Origin: an uncultured Glaciecola sp.
GTDB taxonomy: Bacteria; Pseudomonadota; Gammaproteobacteria; Enterobacterales; Alteromonadaceae
DNA: 64,000 nt
Assembly: GCA_937125395.1 (NCBI GenBank)
Contig: CAKZLI010000059.1
Span: 1,462-65,461 of the forward strand
Direction: 5' to 3'
This document shows, piece after piece, positions 21,701 to 31,778 of this stretch; position 1 is the stretch's first letter, and each line of letters opens with the position of its first letter. The notes under the pieces were generated by a model, which saw only the letters and a program-made list of their open reading frames with translations, was not told the DNA's origin and ran no database searches. Both the position numbers and the translations under genes were made by a program.

Positions 21701-21762
21701 TCCGCCAAGTATGGCGTTGATGTGGCAAACAAACACGTGGCAATGTTGTCACAGCCAAAATG

Positions 21763-21778
21763 CTGTATAAATACACAG
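21763..21778. promoter_or_regulatory. LexA (SOS) box upstream of uvrD
   Basis: CTGTATAAATACACAG is a perfect CTGT-N8-ACAG with an AT-rich core, 85 nt upstream of the uvrD ATG. uvrD is a classical SOS regulon member. Confidence 0.75.
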
Positions 21779-21862
21779 TTATCCGTTATACTTGAACAGT
21801 ACTGTAACTGGTACTCAATGTGTAACCAAACTCCCCAATATAATGATTAAAAAGGCAGGTAG

Positions 21863-24031
21863 ATGGACGTTTCTCGATTAATTGATGGTTTAAATGATAA
21901 ACAACGCCAAGCAGTTGCTGCACCTGCCCAAGATATGCTGATTCTAGCCGGTGCAGGGAGTGGTAAAACACGTGTTCTGGTGCATCGCATAGCGTGGTTG
22001 ATGGAAGTTGAGAATTTATCGCCATTTTCGATATTAGCTGTGACGTTTACCAATAAAGCAGCACGAGAAATGCGTGGTCGGATCGAACAGCTCAAGGGGC
22101 AATCACTCAATCACATGTGGATTGGGACATTTCATGGTCTGGCTCATCGATTATTACGGGCGCATTATGCTGAAGCCAAGTTACCCGAAAATTTCACTAT
22201 ATTAGATTCAGATGATCAACACCGATTAATTAAACGGTTAATCAAATCGATGAATCTGGATGAAAAAGACTGGCCAGCCAAACAAGCGCAATGGTATATC
22301 AATGGCAATAAAGATGAAGGATTACGACCAAAGGACATCGAGACCTATGGTGATACTACCCAACAAAAAATGCGTGATATATACCAAGCGTATCAGCAAA
22401 CCTGTGACCGTTCCGGGTTAATTGATTTTGCTGAGTTGTTGTTACGTGCGTATGAATTGTGGCGAGATAATCCACGATTAATTCAACACTATCGAGAACG
22501 CTTTCGCGCGGTATTGGTTGACGAATTTCAAGATACCAACAACATCCAATATGCATGGTTACGTCTATTAGCAGCACCCACTAATAATATGATGATTGTC
22601 GGTGATGATGATCAATCTATTTATGGTTGGCGTGGTGCGAATGTTGAAAATATCTCACATTTTTTGAAAGACTTTCCGAGTGCTGAGACTGTTCGTTTGG
22701 AACAAAACTATCGCTCTACGGGCAATATCCTAACGGCTGCTAATGCGGTGATTGATAATAACTCTGGGCGGTTAGGCAAAGAGTTGTGGACGGAAGACGA
22801 TGCAGGCGAGAAGATAAAACTATACGCTGGTTTTAATGAGCTCGACGAGGCACGGTTTATTGTTGCACGTATTAAAGAATGGTTGGATGAAGGTAATGCG
22901 CTAGCGGATTGTGCGATTCTGTACCGGAATAATGCGCAATCACGGGTGCTGGAAGAAGCATTATTACAATCGGCTATAGCGTATCGTATTTACGGTGGTT
23001 TACGCTTTTTTGAACGGCAAGAAATCAAAGATGCTTTGTCCTATTTACGGATGATAAATCATCCACTCGATGATGCTGCATTTGAACGTGTGGTAAACAC
23101 ACCAACGCGTGGATTAGGGGATAAAACCTTATCTCAGATCCGCGAAGTTGCCCGTGATACTGAGCAATCTATGTGGCAAGCTTCGTTGGTATTACTTCAA
23201 GAAAAACGCTTATCGGGTCGAGCAGGCAATGCATTGCAAGGCTTTGTAGATTTAATCATTAACATGGCCAATACCGTTAAGCCATTACCACTCGAACAGC
23301 TCGCTGATCACGTGATCAAAACATCGGGTTTAATTGCAATGTATCAAGCCGAAAAAGGCGAAAAAGCCCAAGCCAGAGTAGAGAACTTAGAAGAATTAGT
23401 TACTGCCTGTAAGCAATTTGATGTTCCTGAAGAAGCGCAAGAGATGTCCCCTTTATCGGCATTTTTAGCCCATGCCTCTCTTGAAGCGGGTGAAGGACAA
23501 GCTGAAAAACATCAAGATGCGGTTCAAATGATGACGATCCATACAGCTAAAGGACTCGAGTTTTCATTGGTCTTTATGGGCGGAGTTGAGGAAGGCATGT
23601 TTCCTAGTGCGATGACCAATGATGAGCCAGGCCGCATGGAAGAGGAGCGTCGTTTATGCTATGTCGGAATGACACGCGCCATGCAGCAGCTATATATAAC
23701 GCATGCTGAAACTCGTCGGGTATATGGACAAGATAAGTTTCATACTGCCAGCCGATTTATCCGTGAGATCCCCAAAGAATGCATTGAAGAGATCCGCCTA
23801 CGCCAGAATGTTGCGCAACCTGTGCATAACCGATTTAGCTCGACGACGTCGCATGAAGCGTTTTCTGACAGCGGGTTTTCGCTAGGAATGCGCGTTGCAC
23901 ATAACAAATTTGGTGATGGCACAGTACTCAACTATGAGGGTTCTGGTGATAGCGCGCGCGTCCAAGTCAATTTTGATGATTTTGGCAGTAAATGGTTGGT
24001 GCTTGCTTACGCTAACTTAGCGCCTTGCTAA
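21863..24031 (+). CDS. uvrD: DNA helicase II
   Basis: 722 aa with AGAGSGKT (motif I), VDEFQDTN (motif II), YRS (motif III region) and TIHTAKGLEF (motif V). Confidence 0.97.
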   Translation: MDVSRLIDGLNDKQRQAVAAPAQDMLILAGAGSGKTRVLVHRIAWLMEVENLSPFSILAVTFTNKAAREMRGRIEQLKGQSLNHMWIGTFHGLAHRLLRAHYAEAKLPENFTILDSDDQHRLIKRLIKSMNLDEKDWPAKQAQWYINGNKDEGLRPKDIETYGDTTQQKMRDIYQAYQQTCDRSGLIDFAELLLRAYELWRDNPRLIQHYRERFRAVLVDEFQDTNNIQYAWLRLLAAPTNNMMIVGDDDQSIYGWRGANVENISHFLKDFPSAETVRLEQNYRSTGNILTAANAVIDNNSGRLGKELWTEDDAGEKIKLYAGFNELDEARFIVARIKEWLDEGNALADCAILYRNNAQSRVLEEALLQSAIAYRIYGGLRFFERQEIKDALSYLRMINHPLDDAAFERVVNTPTRGLGDKTLSQIREVARDTEQSMWQASLVLLQEKRLSGRAGNALQGFVDLIINMANTVKPLPLEQLADHVIKTSGLIAMYQAEKGEKAQARVENLEELVTACKQFDVPEEAQEMSPLSAFLAHASLEAGEGQAEKHQDAVQMMTIHTAKGLEFSLVFMGGVEEGMFPSAMTNDEPGRMEEERRLCYVGMTRAMQQLYITHAETRRVYGQDKFHTASRFIREIPKECIEEIRLRQNVAQPVHNRFSSTTSHEAFSDSGFSLGMRVAHNKFGDGTVLNYEGSGDSARVQVNFDDFGSKWLVLAYANLAPC

Positions 24032-24948
24032 ATTGTTTGCTTACGGTAATGGCGCCATGCATCGTAACTAAATACTGCTAGACCGAGCCATACAAAACCG
24101 AACGTAATCATTCGTTCAATATTGAAGGGCTCTTGATATATAACCACGGCCAAAATAAACATTAAGCTTGGACCAATATACTGAAAGAAGCCTAACGTTG
24201 AGTACAGCAAACGCCTCGCTGCGGCAGTAAAACACAAAAGCGGGGCAGTGGTAACCACCCCTGCACATACCAATAAGAGATTGAGACTCATCGGATTGTT
24301 CGCAAAATTAGCTGTAGGTGAATCAATCCACAGCCAATAGCCGATTGCTAGAGGTAGCATCATACAGGTTTCGATAAACAAGCCAGGGATAGAATCGACA
24401 TTGACTTGTTTGCGTAACAAGCCGTATAAGCTAAAACTCAGGGCGAGCGCTAAAGCGATGTAAGGAATATCGCCAAAAGAGAACATTAAAATAGCCACGC
24501 CGGTAAAGGCTAACCCCACTGCAAAGCGCTGTAATGTTCGAAATCGCTCGCCCAAAAAGATAAAACCAAATAAAACATTAAACAATGGATTAATATAATA
24601 CCCAAGGCTGGCTTCGAGTAAATGGTCGTTATTGACGGCCCAAATAAATAACCACCAATTTAACCCGAGCAATATCCCTGCACAGACAAGAATAGCCATG
24701 ACTTTTTTGTCGACTAACGCTTGGGTGATTTTGCTGATTTGTTTGAGGCCGATGACTAGCCCCAACAATACGACTGCGGCCCAAATAACCCGATGCATTA
24801 ATATTTCAGCAGCATTGATATGCACTAGCTGTTTAAAATAAATGGGTGCAAATCCCCACATCGTATACGCACAGACCGCGAATAACATGCCTGTTTGCGT
24901 AGATGACAATGATGCTGATTGAGTTGTAGGAAGTGGTGAGGAAGACAC
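24028..24948 (-). CDS. rarD: EamA/RarD-family transporter
   Basis: 306 aa with ~10 TM helices. WGFAPIYFK and the C-terminal region are RarD-like. It lies in the uvrD-to-recQ interval, as in E. coli. Confidence 0.8.
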   Translation of the reverse strand: MSSSPLPTTQSASLSSTQTGMLFAVCAYTMWGFAPIYFKQLVHINAAEILMHRVIWAAVVLLGLVIGLKQISKITQALVDKKVMAILVCAGILLGLNWWLFIWAVNNDHLLEASLGYYINPLFNVLFGFIFLGERFRTLQRFAVGLAFTGVAILMFSFGDIPYIALALALSFSLYGLLRKQVNVDSIPGLFIETCMMLPLAIGYWLWIDSPTANFANNPMSLNLLLVCAGVVTTAPLLCFTAAARRLLYSTLGFFQYIGPSLMFILAVVIYQEPFNIERMITFGFVWLGLAVFSYDAWRHYRKQTI

Positions 24949-25022
24949 GATTACTCTTAGCTAAAAACAATGATGGGGCATTGTCGTTGATTCAGCTAAG
25001 ACAATCAATGATTTACAGCGGC

Positions 25023-25385
25023 TTAAATTTCCATGGCCATTTGAGTTGCGCTACGATCAGCGGGTCGCAGTGATTTATTACCGAAATAACTTTCTGCAAT
25101 ACTCAAAATACCGGGGTGCTTACGTAATCCATTAATTAATTGTTTAGCATCGAGGCGTTGACGTGTTTTTAAATAGGCATCTAATTCCGGATGGCCGAGC
25201 ACAGTAACGTGCATTCTATTTTCGAAAATACAATTAACGAGGACTTTAACACGGGTTAATTGAGTAGTTTGCAGCGGTTCATTAATTGCCAAATCAAAGT
25301 GGATGACCACATCTGTCATCGATAAAGCATGGCTTCGTTGTTGTACATCTAATTGTATATTAGTGAGGTGTTGAGTCATTAGCAT
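25023..25385 (-). CDS. Hypothetical protein (120 aa), no recognisable motif
   Basis: It is an intact ORF in its own intergenic slot between rarD and recQ. There is no signal peptide or TM segment, and I do not recognise the family. Confidence 0.4.
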   Translation of the reverse strand: MLMTQHLTNIQLDVQQRSHALSMTDVVIHFDLAINEPLQTTQLTRVKVLVNCIFENRMHVTVLGHPELDAYLKTRQRLDAKQLINGLRKHPGILSIAESYFGNKSLRPADRSATQMAMEI

Positions 25386-25508
25386 ACATCCTTGTAGTTT
25401 TATTGACCAAGTATCCTACTATATAAATATCTGTAAGAATGTAAACCTTTAATTTGTAAATTTTGATATAATTGGGTCGCTTCATTATTTTCGGATCGCT
25501 TTTCTATT

Positions 25509-27296
25509 ATGTCCACAGAGTTATTGACCACCCTAAAACACACATTTGGTTATGACGCATTTCGTCCGGGCCAAGAGGCTGTGATCCGTGCATCACTAGC
25601 TAAACAAGATTGCGTGGTCTTGATGCCAACGGGGGGGGGTAAATCGTTATGTTACCAAGTGCCTGCGGTTATTAATGAAGGGTTAACCATCGTGGTATCA
25701 CCGCTAATTTCATTAATGCAAGATCAGATGGAACAATGCCTTGCTGTAGGTATTAAAGCAGATTTAATCAGTTCTCAACTTGATCCACAGCAAATCGCAG
25801 CGGTATATCAACGTTTACATCAAGGGGCAACAGATATTTTGTTTGTTGCACCAGAGCGGATCTTGCAGGCGCATTTTGTCGAGCGGATGCATGAGCTGAA
25901 CATCGCGTTGTTAGCCGTTGATGAGGCGCATTGTGTTTCTCATTGGGGCCATGATTTTCGTCAAGATTACCGCCAACTAGGGCGCTTACGAGAATTATTT
26001 CCGTATGTACCGATCATGGCATTAACTGCGACAGCGGATATCGCAACGCGGGAAGATATCCAAACTCAACTTCAGCTTAACGATCCGCATGTGCATCTTG
26101 CGAGTTTTGATCGACCCAATATTCGCTATACCGTCATCCCCAAATTTAAACCGGTTGATCAGATTATTAGTTTTATTCACGCCCACGAAGGCAGTGGGAT
26201 TGTGTATTGTTCTTCACGCAAAAAAGTCGATGAAGTACGCACCAAACTATATGCCAAAGGGTTTAAGTGCGGCGCATATCATGCAGGGTTATCACAAGAA
26301 GAACGGGCTCAGGCACAACGTGATTTTCAAAATGATAATTTAGATATTATGGTGGCCACTGTCGCATTTGGCATGGGGATCAATAAATCCAATGTCCGGT
26401 TTGTGATCCATCATGATTTACCTCGCAGTATTGAAGCATATTATCAAGAGACCGGACGGGCAGGTCGAGATGGATTAGCGGCAGAAGCTTTATTATTGTT
26501 TGATGAAAAAGACGCAGCTCGGATTAAACAATGGATTGAGACCTCCGAAAGTCATCGAATTGATGTTGAATTAGAAAAATTTGAAGCGATGGAGCGCTTT
26601 GGTGATGCACAAACATGTCGCCGACAAGTGTTACTTAATTATTTTTCTGAGTTGAGCCATACTCAATGCGGTAACTGTGATGTATGCCTTGATCCGCCAA
26701 AGCATTTTGACGGCTTGATGTGCGCCCAAAAAGTGTTGTCATGTATCTATCGCATGCGCCAAATTGGTACCACCAATCAAGTTGTGGATGTGTTAAGAGG
26801 AAAACGTTTGCAACGAGTCATTGAACAAGGCCACGATCAGCTATCAACGTTTAGTATCGGTAAAGCAAAACCAGATGAATACTGGGTCAATATTATCAAT
26901 CAACTGGTACATAAAGGGTATTTGTTTATTGATATTACTAACTATGCGGTATTGCGCTTAACTGAAGCGGCAAAAGGCATTCTGCGTGGTGAAGAAGCGC
27001 TTACATTGGCTATTCCGCGTTTGAGTACGACTAACAAAAAACAACAAAAACTAGCCAGTATTGATTACGACAAAGAGTTATTTGCGAAGCTTAAACATCT
27101 GCGTAAACGCTTAGCAGATGAAATTGATAAGCCACCTTATGTGATTTTTTCTGATGCGAGTTTAGTAGATATGGCACAGAATCTACCTCAAGAGCCGGAT
27201 GATTTTTTACATGTTACTGGCGTAGGGCAAGTTAAATTAACTCGATATGGTGACCAGTTTATTACACTGATCACTCAACACGTGTTATCACAATAA
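25509..27296 (+). CDS. recQ: ATP-dependent DNA helicase RecQ
   Basis: 595 aa with FGYDAFRPGQ, MPTGGGKSLCYQ, DEAHCVSHWGHDFR, and the Zn-binding cluster CRRQ..CGNCDVC. The C-terminal HRDC region is KPPYVIFSDASL. Confidence 0.97.
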   Translation: MSTELLTTLKHTFGYDAFRPGQEAVIRASLAKQDCVVLMPTGGGKSLCYQVPAVINEGLTIVVSPLISLMQDQMEQCLAVGIKADLISSQLDPQQIAAVYQRLHQGATDILFVAPERILQAHFVERMHELNIALLAVDEAHCVSHWGHDFRQDYRQLGRLRELFPYVPIMALTATADIATREDIQTQLQLNDPHVHLASFDRPNIRYTVIPKFKPVDQIISFIHAHEGSGIVYCSSRKKVDEVRTKLYAKGFKCGAYHAGLSQEERAQAQRDFQNDNLDIMVATVAFGMGINKSNVRFVIHHDLPRSIEAYYQETGRAGRDGLAAEALLLFDEKDAARIKQWIETSESHRIDVELEKFEAMERFGDAQTCRRQVLLNYFSELSHTQCGNCDVCLDPPKHFDGLMCAQKVLSCIYRMRQIGTTNQVVDVLRGKRLQRVIEQGHDQLSTFSIGKAKPDEYWVNIINQLVHKGYLFIDITNYAVLRLTEAAKGILRGEEALTLAIPRLSTTNKKQQKLASIDYDKELFAKLKHLRKRLADEIDKPPYVIFSDASLVDMAQNLPQEPDDFLHVTGVGQVKLTRYGDQFITLITQHVLSQ

Positions 27297-27336
27297 CAAT
27301 TGGTGTCTAAATAACCTTTACTTATGCGATGTCTAG

Positions 27337-28041
27337 CTAAGCAGCGTCTTTAGGGCCAAAATCGTAATCTCCTCCGCTTTGTAGTGCTTTGATGTAGGCT
27401 GGGCGTTGCTGCATGCGATCTACATAAGCCACAATGTGTTTGGGTAATGAATGGCGTTGTTGTGCAACCATCGCTTCAAGCGGAAAAATCATCATAAAAT
27501 CAACTGCGGTAAGGCGTTCACCAACAAAAAAGTCTGATCCTAGCAGCGCTTGTTGCGCCAAATGTTTCTCGACGTGTGCGATATTCTCTATATATTTGGG
27601 ACCATAGTAGGCTTGGGTAATCGCGTCGATCACTTTATCGGCAATGGCGGTCACAAAGAAGGGTTTTTTCTTGGCTTTGGCTTTACCTAGTACTAGTTTA
27701 GCAATCAGAGGTGGCATCATCGTCCCTTCTGCAAAATGCAACCAATATAGGTATGCCGCGTAATTTGCATCTCCAGGCTGAATTGCCAGTTGCGCTTGGG
27801 GTTGAGTCTGTGCAAAATATTCAATGATAGCGCCTGATTCACCTAATTGAGTCTGCGCAGCATCATCGAGCGTAACGACCGGAGATCGACCTAAATCAAA
27901 GATAGCTTTTAACGAGTTCGGGGCTAATCCCGTTTTGGGGTCACGATAATGGACCTGTACAGTGTAATCCATACCCATTTCGGCAAATAACCATAAGATA
28001 CGTTGTGAGCGAGAATTGTTTAAATGATGTAAAGTAGGCAT
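27337..28041 (-). CDS. Glutathione S-transferase family protein
   Basis: The N-terminus LHHLNNSRSQRILWLFAEMG is a thioredoxin-like GST N-domain with a catalytic Ser region. The C-terminal domain is helical. Confidence 0.75.
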   Translation of the reverse strand: MPTLHHLNNSRSQRILWLFAEMGMDYTVQVHYRDPKTGLAPNSLKAIFDLGRSPVVTLDDAAQTQLGESGAIIEYFAQTQPQAQLAIQPGDANYAAYLYWLHFAEGTMMPPLIAKLVLGKAKAKKKPFFVTAIADKVIDAITQAYYGPKYIENIAHVEKHLAQQALLGSDFFVGERLTAVDFMMIFPLEAMVAQQRHSLPKHIVAYVDRMQQRPAYIKALQSGGDYDFGPKDAA

Positions 28042-28153
28042 AAGTAATCCTTGAATTAGACAGTTTTATACTAACAACAGCCCAAAAAAGTTTAAACATA
28101 ATTGATAATAGCCACGTAATATTATATTAGACCATACAATTTATCTGAGAATA

Positions 28154-29632
28154 ATGATGCCTCCAGCACAATTTGTTAACACATATGCCGATACGCTGCC
28201 AGATTTGGTAACTGCGATAAAGCCAACAGCCGTATACCGCCCACAAGTCCAAATCATCAATCAAGCACTGTGGCATGAATTAGGTTTACCAACAGCGTGG
28301 CAGGATAATGACACGCTGATGGGGTTATTATTTAACCGCGACTCTGAGTTAACTAAACACAGTGTTGCGCAAAAATACGGTGGTCATCAATTTGGACAAT
28401 GGAACCCGCAATTAGGTGATGGGCGCGGCGTGTTATTGACCGAGCTGATTACGCCTGATCAACAGCGCATCGATTTGCATTTAAAAGGCGCAGGACCGAC
28501 CCCTTATTCGCGACATGCCGATGGCCGAGCGGTGTTGCGATCAACCATTCGTGAATACTTAGCCAGTGAAGCGCTGTATCATATCGGGATCCCGACTTCC
28601 AGAGCACTGTGTCTGATCAGTAGCGCAGAACCGGTATATCGTGAACAACAAGAATCAGCTGCATTATTGATCCGAACTGCACCAAGTCATCTGCGGTTTG
28701 GCACCTTTGAATATTTTTATCATGACCGTCCAGCAGGAAGCTCTCCAGATACCGCTCCAGATAAACTGATACAATTAATGAATTACACGCTAAACACCCA
28801 TTTTCCAGAGGCGTTAGCGGCCGATAATCCTCATTTAGCCATGCTCACATCAGTGATTAGCACGACTGCACAGTTAGTTGCTAAGTGGCAAGTAGCTGGT
28901 TTTAATCATGGTGTGATGAATACCGATAATATGTCTATTCATGGTATTACGTTTGATTATGGCCCGTTTGCGTTTTTTGACGATTTTGAGCCACACTATA
29001 TTTGTAATAAATCTGATCATCAAGGACGGTATCGCTTTTCGCAACAACCGAGCATTGGTTTATGGAACTTAAATGCTTTAGCACAAGCGTTTAGACCGTT
29101 TGTTGACGTAGCATCGCTAACCGATGCATTGGATCAATATGAATCGATTTTGATCACGCAGTATCACCAGTTAATGGTCTCTCGATTTGGACTGAATGAT
29201 GTGACAGATAGTGCGTTGGCAATGGTAGCGATGTTCATGGAGCTATTACAAAATCCAGCCAGGGATTATCACCACAGTTTTAGGCAATTATGCGGTCACT
29301 CAGATTGGCAAAGCATCAAAGCGCTGCGTGCTGAATATGTCGATATAACCTTGTTTGATCAATGGGTTGCTGCTTGGGAAAGTGAAGTGGAAGCGCAACA
29401 AATTGACTTTGCAACGTTACAAGCACGCTTGAGCGGTACCAATCCGCATACTGTGTTACGTAATCATCATGCACAGGCGGTTATTGAGGCGGCACAAGAT
29501 GGCGACTACTCATTATTTAATGCCTATTTATCTGCATTGAGCGATCCGTATAATGAGCAGAGCAAAATCGAGCGTTTTGCTTCAGCGCCGGTGGCTCAAG
29601 ATAAAGGGATAGCGTTATCGTGTTCGTCATAA
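28154..29632 (+). CDS. selO: Protein adenylyltransferase SelO (YdiU)
   Basis: 492 aa with QKYGGHQFGQWNPQLGDGRG, LKGAGPTPYSR and GFNHGVMNTDNMSI, all hallmark SelO pseudokinase motifs. Confidence 0.93.
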   Translation: MMPPAQFVNTYADTLPDLVTAIKPTAVYRPQVQIINQALWHELGLPTAWQDNDTLMGLLFNRDSELTKHSVAQKYGGHQFGQWNPQLGDGRGVLLTELITPDQQRIDLHLKGAGPTPYSRHADGRAVLRSTIREYLASEALYHIGIPTSRALCLISSAEPVYREQQESAALLIRTAPSHLRFGTFEYFYHDRPAGSSPDTAPDKLIQLMNYTLNTHFPEALAADNPHLAMLTSVISTTAQLVAKWQVAGFNHGVMNTDNMSIHGITFDYGPFAFFDDFEPHYICNKSDHQGRYRFSQQPSIGLWNLNALAQAFRPFVDVASLTDALDQYESILITQYHQLMVSRFGLNDVTDSALAMVAMFMELLQNPARDYHHSFRQLCGHSDWQSIKALRAEYVDITLFDQWVAAWESEVEAQQIDFATLQARLSGTNPHTVLRNHHAQAVIEAAQDGDYSLFNAYLSALSDPYNEQSKIERFASAPVAQDKGIALSCSS

Positions 29633-29751
29633 TTGCTCATCAATCCAGTTAATGTAATAGGCCGTGGGGACAATAACACGTGCCAAAGTCGACCTTATCC
29701 GTTAAAATATACAATTAATCAATCTATGCACAATAGTGAGAATCAATCTAG

Positions 29752-30363
29752 ATGTCAGTTTCGATGTTTGAATTTGTAAGCAAAGCTAAACTACCCACAC
29801 GTTTTGGGGATTTTATCATCCATGGTTTTGTGGACACACGAAATCAACAAGAACACGTCGCGTTAAGTTATGGTACATGGTCAGAAGATGACACGGTGCA
29901 TATTCGGGTGCATTCAGAATGTTTAACGGGTGATTCTTTGTTTTCAACACGTTGTGACTGTGGGTTTCAACTAGAAAAAGCACTCGCTAATATCGTGGAG
30001 CAAGGCTCTGGCGTATTATTGTATTTGCGTCAAGAAGGCCGAGGCATTGGTTTATTAAACAAAATCAAAGCATATGCATTGCAAGATACTGGCTTGGATA
30101 CGGTTGAAGCAAATGAGCATTTAGGATTTGATGCTGATCTTCGTGAATATGATATTTGTAAATTTATGCTGTCACATCTTGGCATCAAAACAGTATCACT
30201 CATGACAAATAATCCTAAAAAAGTCAAAGCGTTAACGACATTGGGTATTAATGTTGAGGTGCGTCTACCGATTGACCACGGCATGACAAAAGACAATAAA
30301 AAATACTTACAAACCAAGACTGAAAAACTTGGACATGAGTTTGACCCCCATTTATTTAAATAA
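29752..30363 (+). CDS. ribA: GTP cyclohydrolase II
   Basis: 203 aa. VHSECLTGDSLFSTRCDCGFQLE is the Zn site. EGRGIGLLNKIKAYALQD and LMTNNPKKV closely parallel E. coli RibA. Confidence 0.96.
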   Translation: MSVSMFEFVSKAKLPTRFGDFIIHGFVDTRNQQEHVALSYGTWSEDDTVHIRVHSECLTGDSLFSTRCDCGFQLEKALANIVEQGSGVLLYLRQEGRGIGLLNKIKAYALQDTGLDTVEANEHLGFDADLREYDICKFMLSHLGIKTVSLMTNNPKKVKALTTLGINVEVRLPIDHGMTKDNKKYLQTKTEKLGHEFDPHLFK

Positions 30364-30434
30364 TCTATTCAGTGTTCGTTAAGTTGCTATTGTATATAAC
30401 TGTTATGTCATAAAAACATTCCCGAGGAGGGAGT

Positions 30435-31745
30435 ATGTTAGTACATATATCAAATCAGTTATCTGCCTTAGCGCCTTGTCGACGCCAGTGCCGATCATTC
30501 TTGAATTTTGTTGGTATCAGTCTATCAAGTTTGGTCTTATCCGGCTGTGTGATTGCACATGATAATCACAAGCGCCAGGTAGTGACTAAACAAGTTGTCA
30601 CTTATACTTCAACGAGCGATACCCCTAAAGCCGTTCAATATGGCTTTGTTGACGGTAAACCACTTAGTGATGAGCAGGCTGCACAGCAGGCCAATCTTGA
30701 CAGTGCATTAGCGCCAATGGCGTTGTATCCTGATTCATTGCTTGAACATATTTTTGCTGCCGTCACCCAACCGATGGATCTTATTCAAGCACGTCAATTA
30801 CTCGATGCTAACCCAGATGTCCAATTAACTAGGTTGTTGGATATGGCACAAGATAAGCCTTGGGATCCAAGTGTCATCGCATTATTGCCCTTTGCCGATG
30901 TGATCATAAATCTAACGGATGATCTGGAATACCTAGAATATTTAGGTGAAGTGGTGGAACATGATTATGCGTTAGTGGCACAGCGTTTACGTTATCTGCG
31001 TGTCCAGGCGCAACAAAACGGTAATTTGAACAGTGATAAGTATGTCCAGGTTGTCGAAAAAGAAACTAAGATTTATATTCAATCGGTTCAACCTGATATT
31101 ATTTATGTACCGACATACAATCCAAGATTAGTTTATGGTAACTGGTGGCATACGCATCAACCAAGAGCATGGCATTATCGTCATGGTCAGCGTCATCGTT
31201 ATTCGCACAACCGAGGGTTAGGTGTGCATATTTCTTCTGGCAACGTGGCAATTAATTGGAATCCGTTTCGTCATGTGCGTCACAATTATTGGTCGGATAG
31301 GTATTATATCCAGCAGCGCCATCAGATTTTTGAAAACAATTTACGTAATCGCCATCGCTCACACGCTATTCATCGTCAACAGCAATGGGGAGTGAATCAA
31401 CGTCGATTACATCAGCCCGTCAATAATCATCGAAATGGCAACGCACAACGTTATAACTCTCATCGTGCTAACCCTAATCGTGAACAAGCCCATACATCGA
31501 ATAATCGCAGGCAGCAGGCGATCACTCAAACTAGACCGGTGAAACAACCACCAAAGCGGGCGATCACTCAGACTCGACCGGTGAAACAACCGCCAAAGCG
31601 GGCAGTCCGCAATACGGTTAAAACACACACGCGTTCACCGAGTCAGGTTAAGGAGCCAGTACGCACTCGACCGGTAAAGCAGCCGCCTAAAAAAGCACTG
31701 GTCAAACGGAATGTCGGTCGAATAAAAAGCGAAAGTGTGCGCTAA
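30435..31745 (+). CDS. DUF3300-family protein with a His/Arg/Asn-rich repetitive tail
   Basis: LDSALAPMALYPDSLLEHIFAAVTQPMDLIQA is the DUF3300 N-terminal signature. The C-terminal third is low-complexity (HRHG..RHR..) and includes a tandem AITQTRPVKQPPKR x2. Confidence 0.65.
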   Translation: MLVHISNQLSALAPCRRQCRSFLNFVGISLSSLVLSGCVIAHDNHKRQVVTKQVVTYTSTSDTPKAVQYGFVDGKPLSDEQAAQQANLDSALAPMALYPDSLLEHIFAAVTQPMDLIQARQLLDANPDVQLTRLLDMAQDKPWDPSVIALLPFADVIINLTDDLEYLEYLGEVVEHDYALVAQRLRYLRVQAQQNGNLNSDKYVQVVEKETKIYIQSVQPDIIYVPTYNPRLVYGNWWHTHQPRAWHYRHGQRHRYSHNRGLGVHISSGNVAINWNPFRHVRHNYWSDRYYIQQRHQIFENNLRNRHRSHAIHRQQQWGVNQRRLHQPVNNHRNGNAQRYNSHRANPNREQAHTSNNRRQQAITQTRPVKQPPKRAITQTRPVKQPPKRAVRNTVKTHTRSPSQVKEPVRTRPVKQPPKKALVKRNVGRIKSESVR

Positions 31746-31778
31746 CTAAACAATCCGAATGCAACGCCTGATAGCTGT

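Noticed and set aside
20576-22110. ORFs 20576-20899, 20758-21066, 21405-21644, 21786-22025 and 21847-22110
   Set aside because: They are antisense or alternate-frame to xerC, yigB and uvrD. ORF 21786-22025 also spans the uvrD promoter and LexA box.
25400-25450. LexA-like sequence tactatataaatatctgtaag upstream of recQ
   Set aside because: It has only one CTGT half-site and no ACAG partner at N8 spacing.
29633-29751. FMN (RFN) riboswitch upstream of ribA
   Set aside because: The region is only ~119 nt and lacks the conserved RFN core segments (for example GGGGCAGGGTGAAATTCCC-like and CCGACGGT-like boxes).
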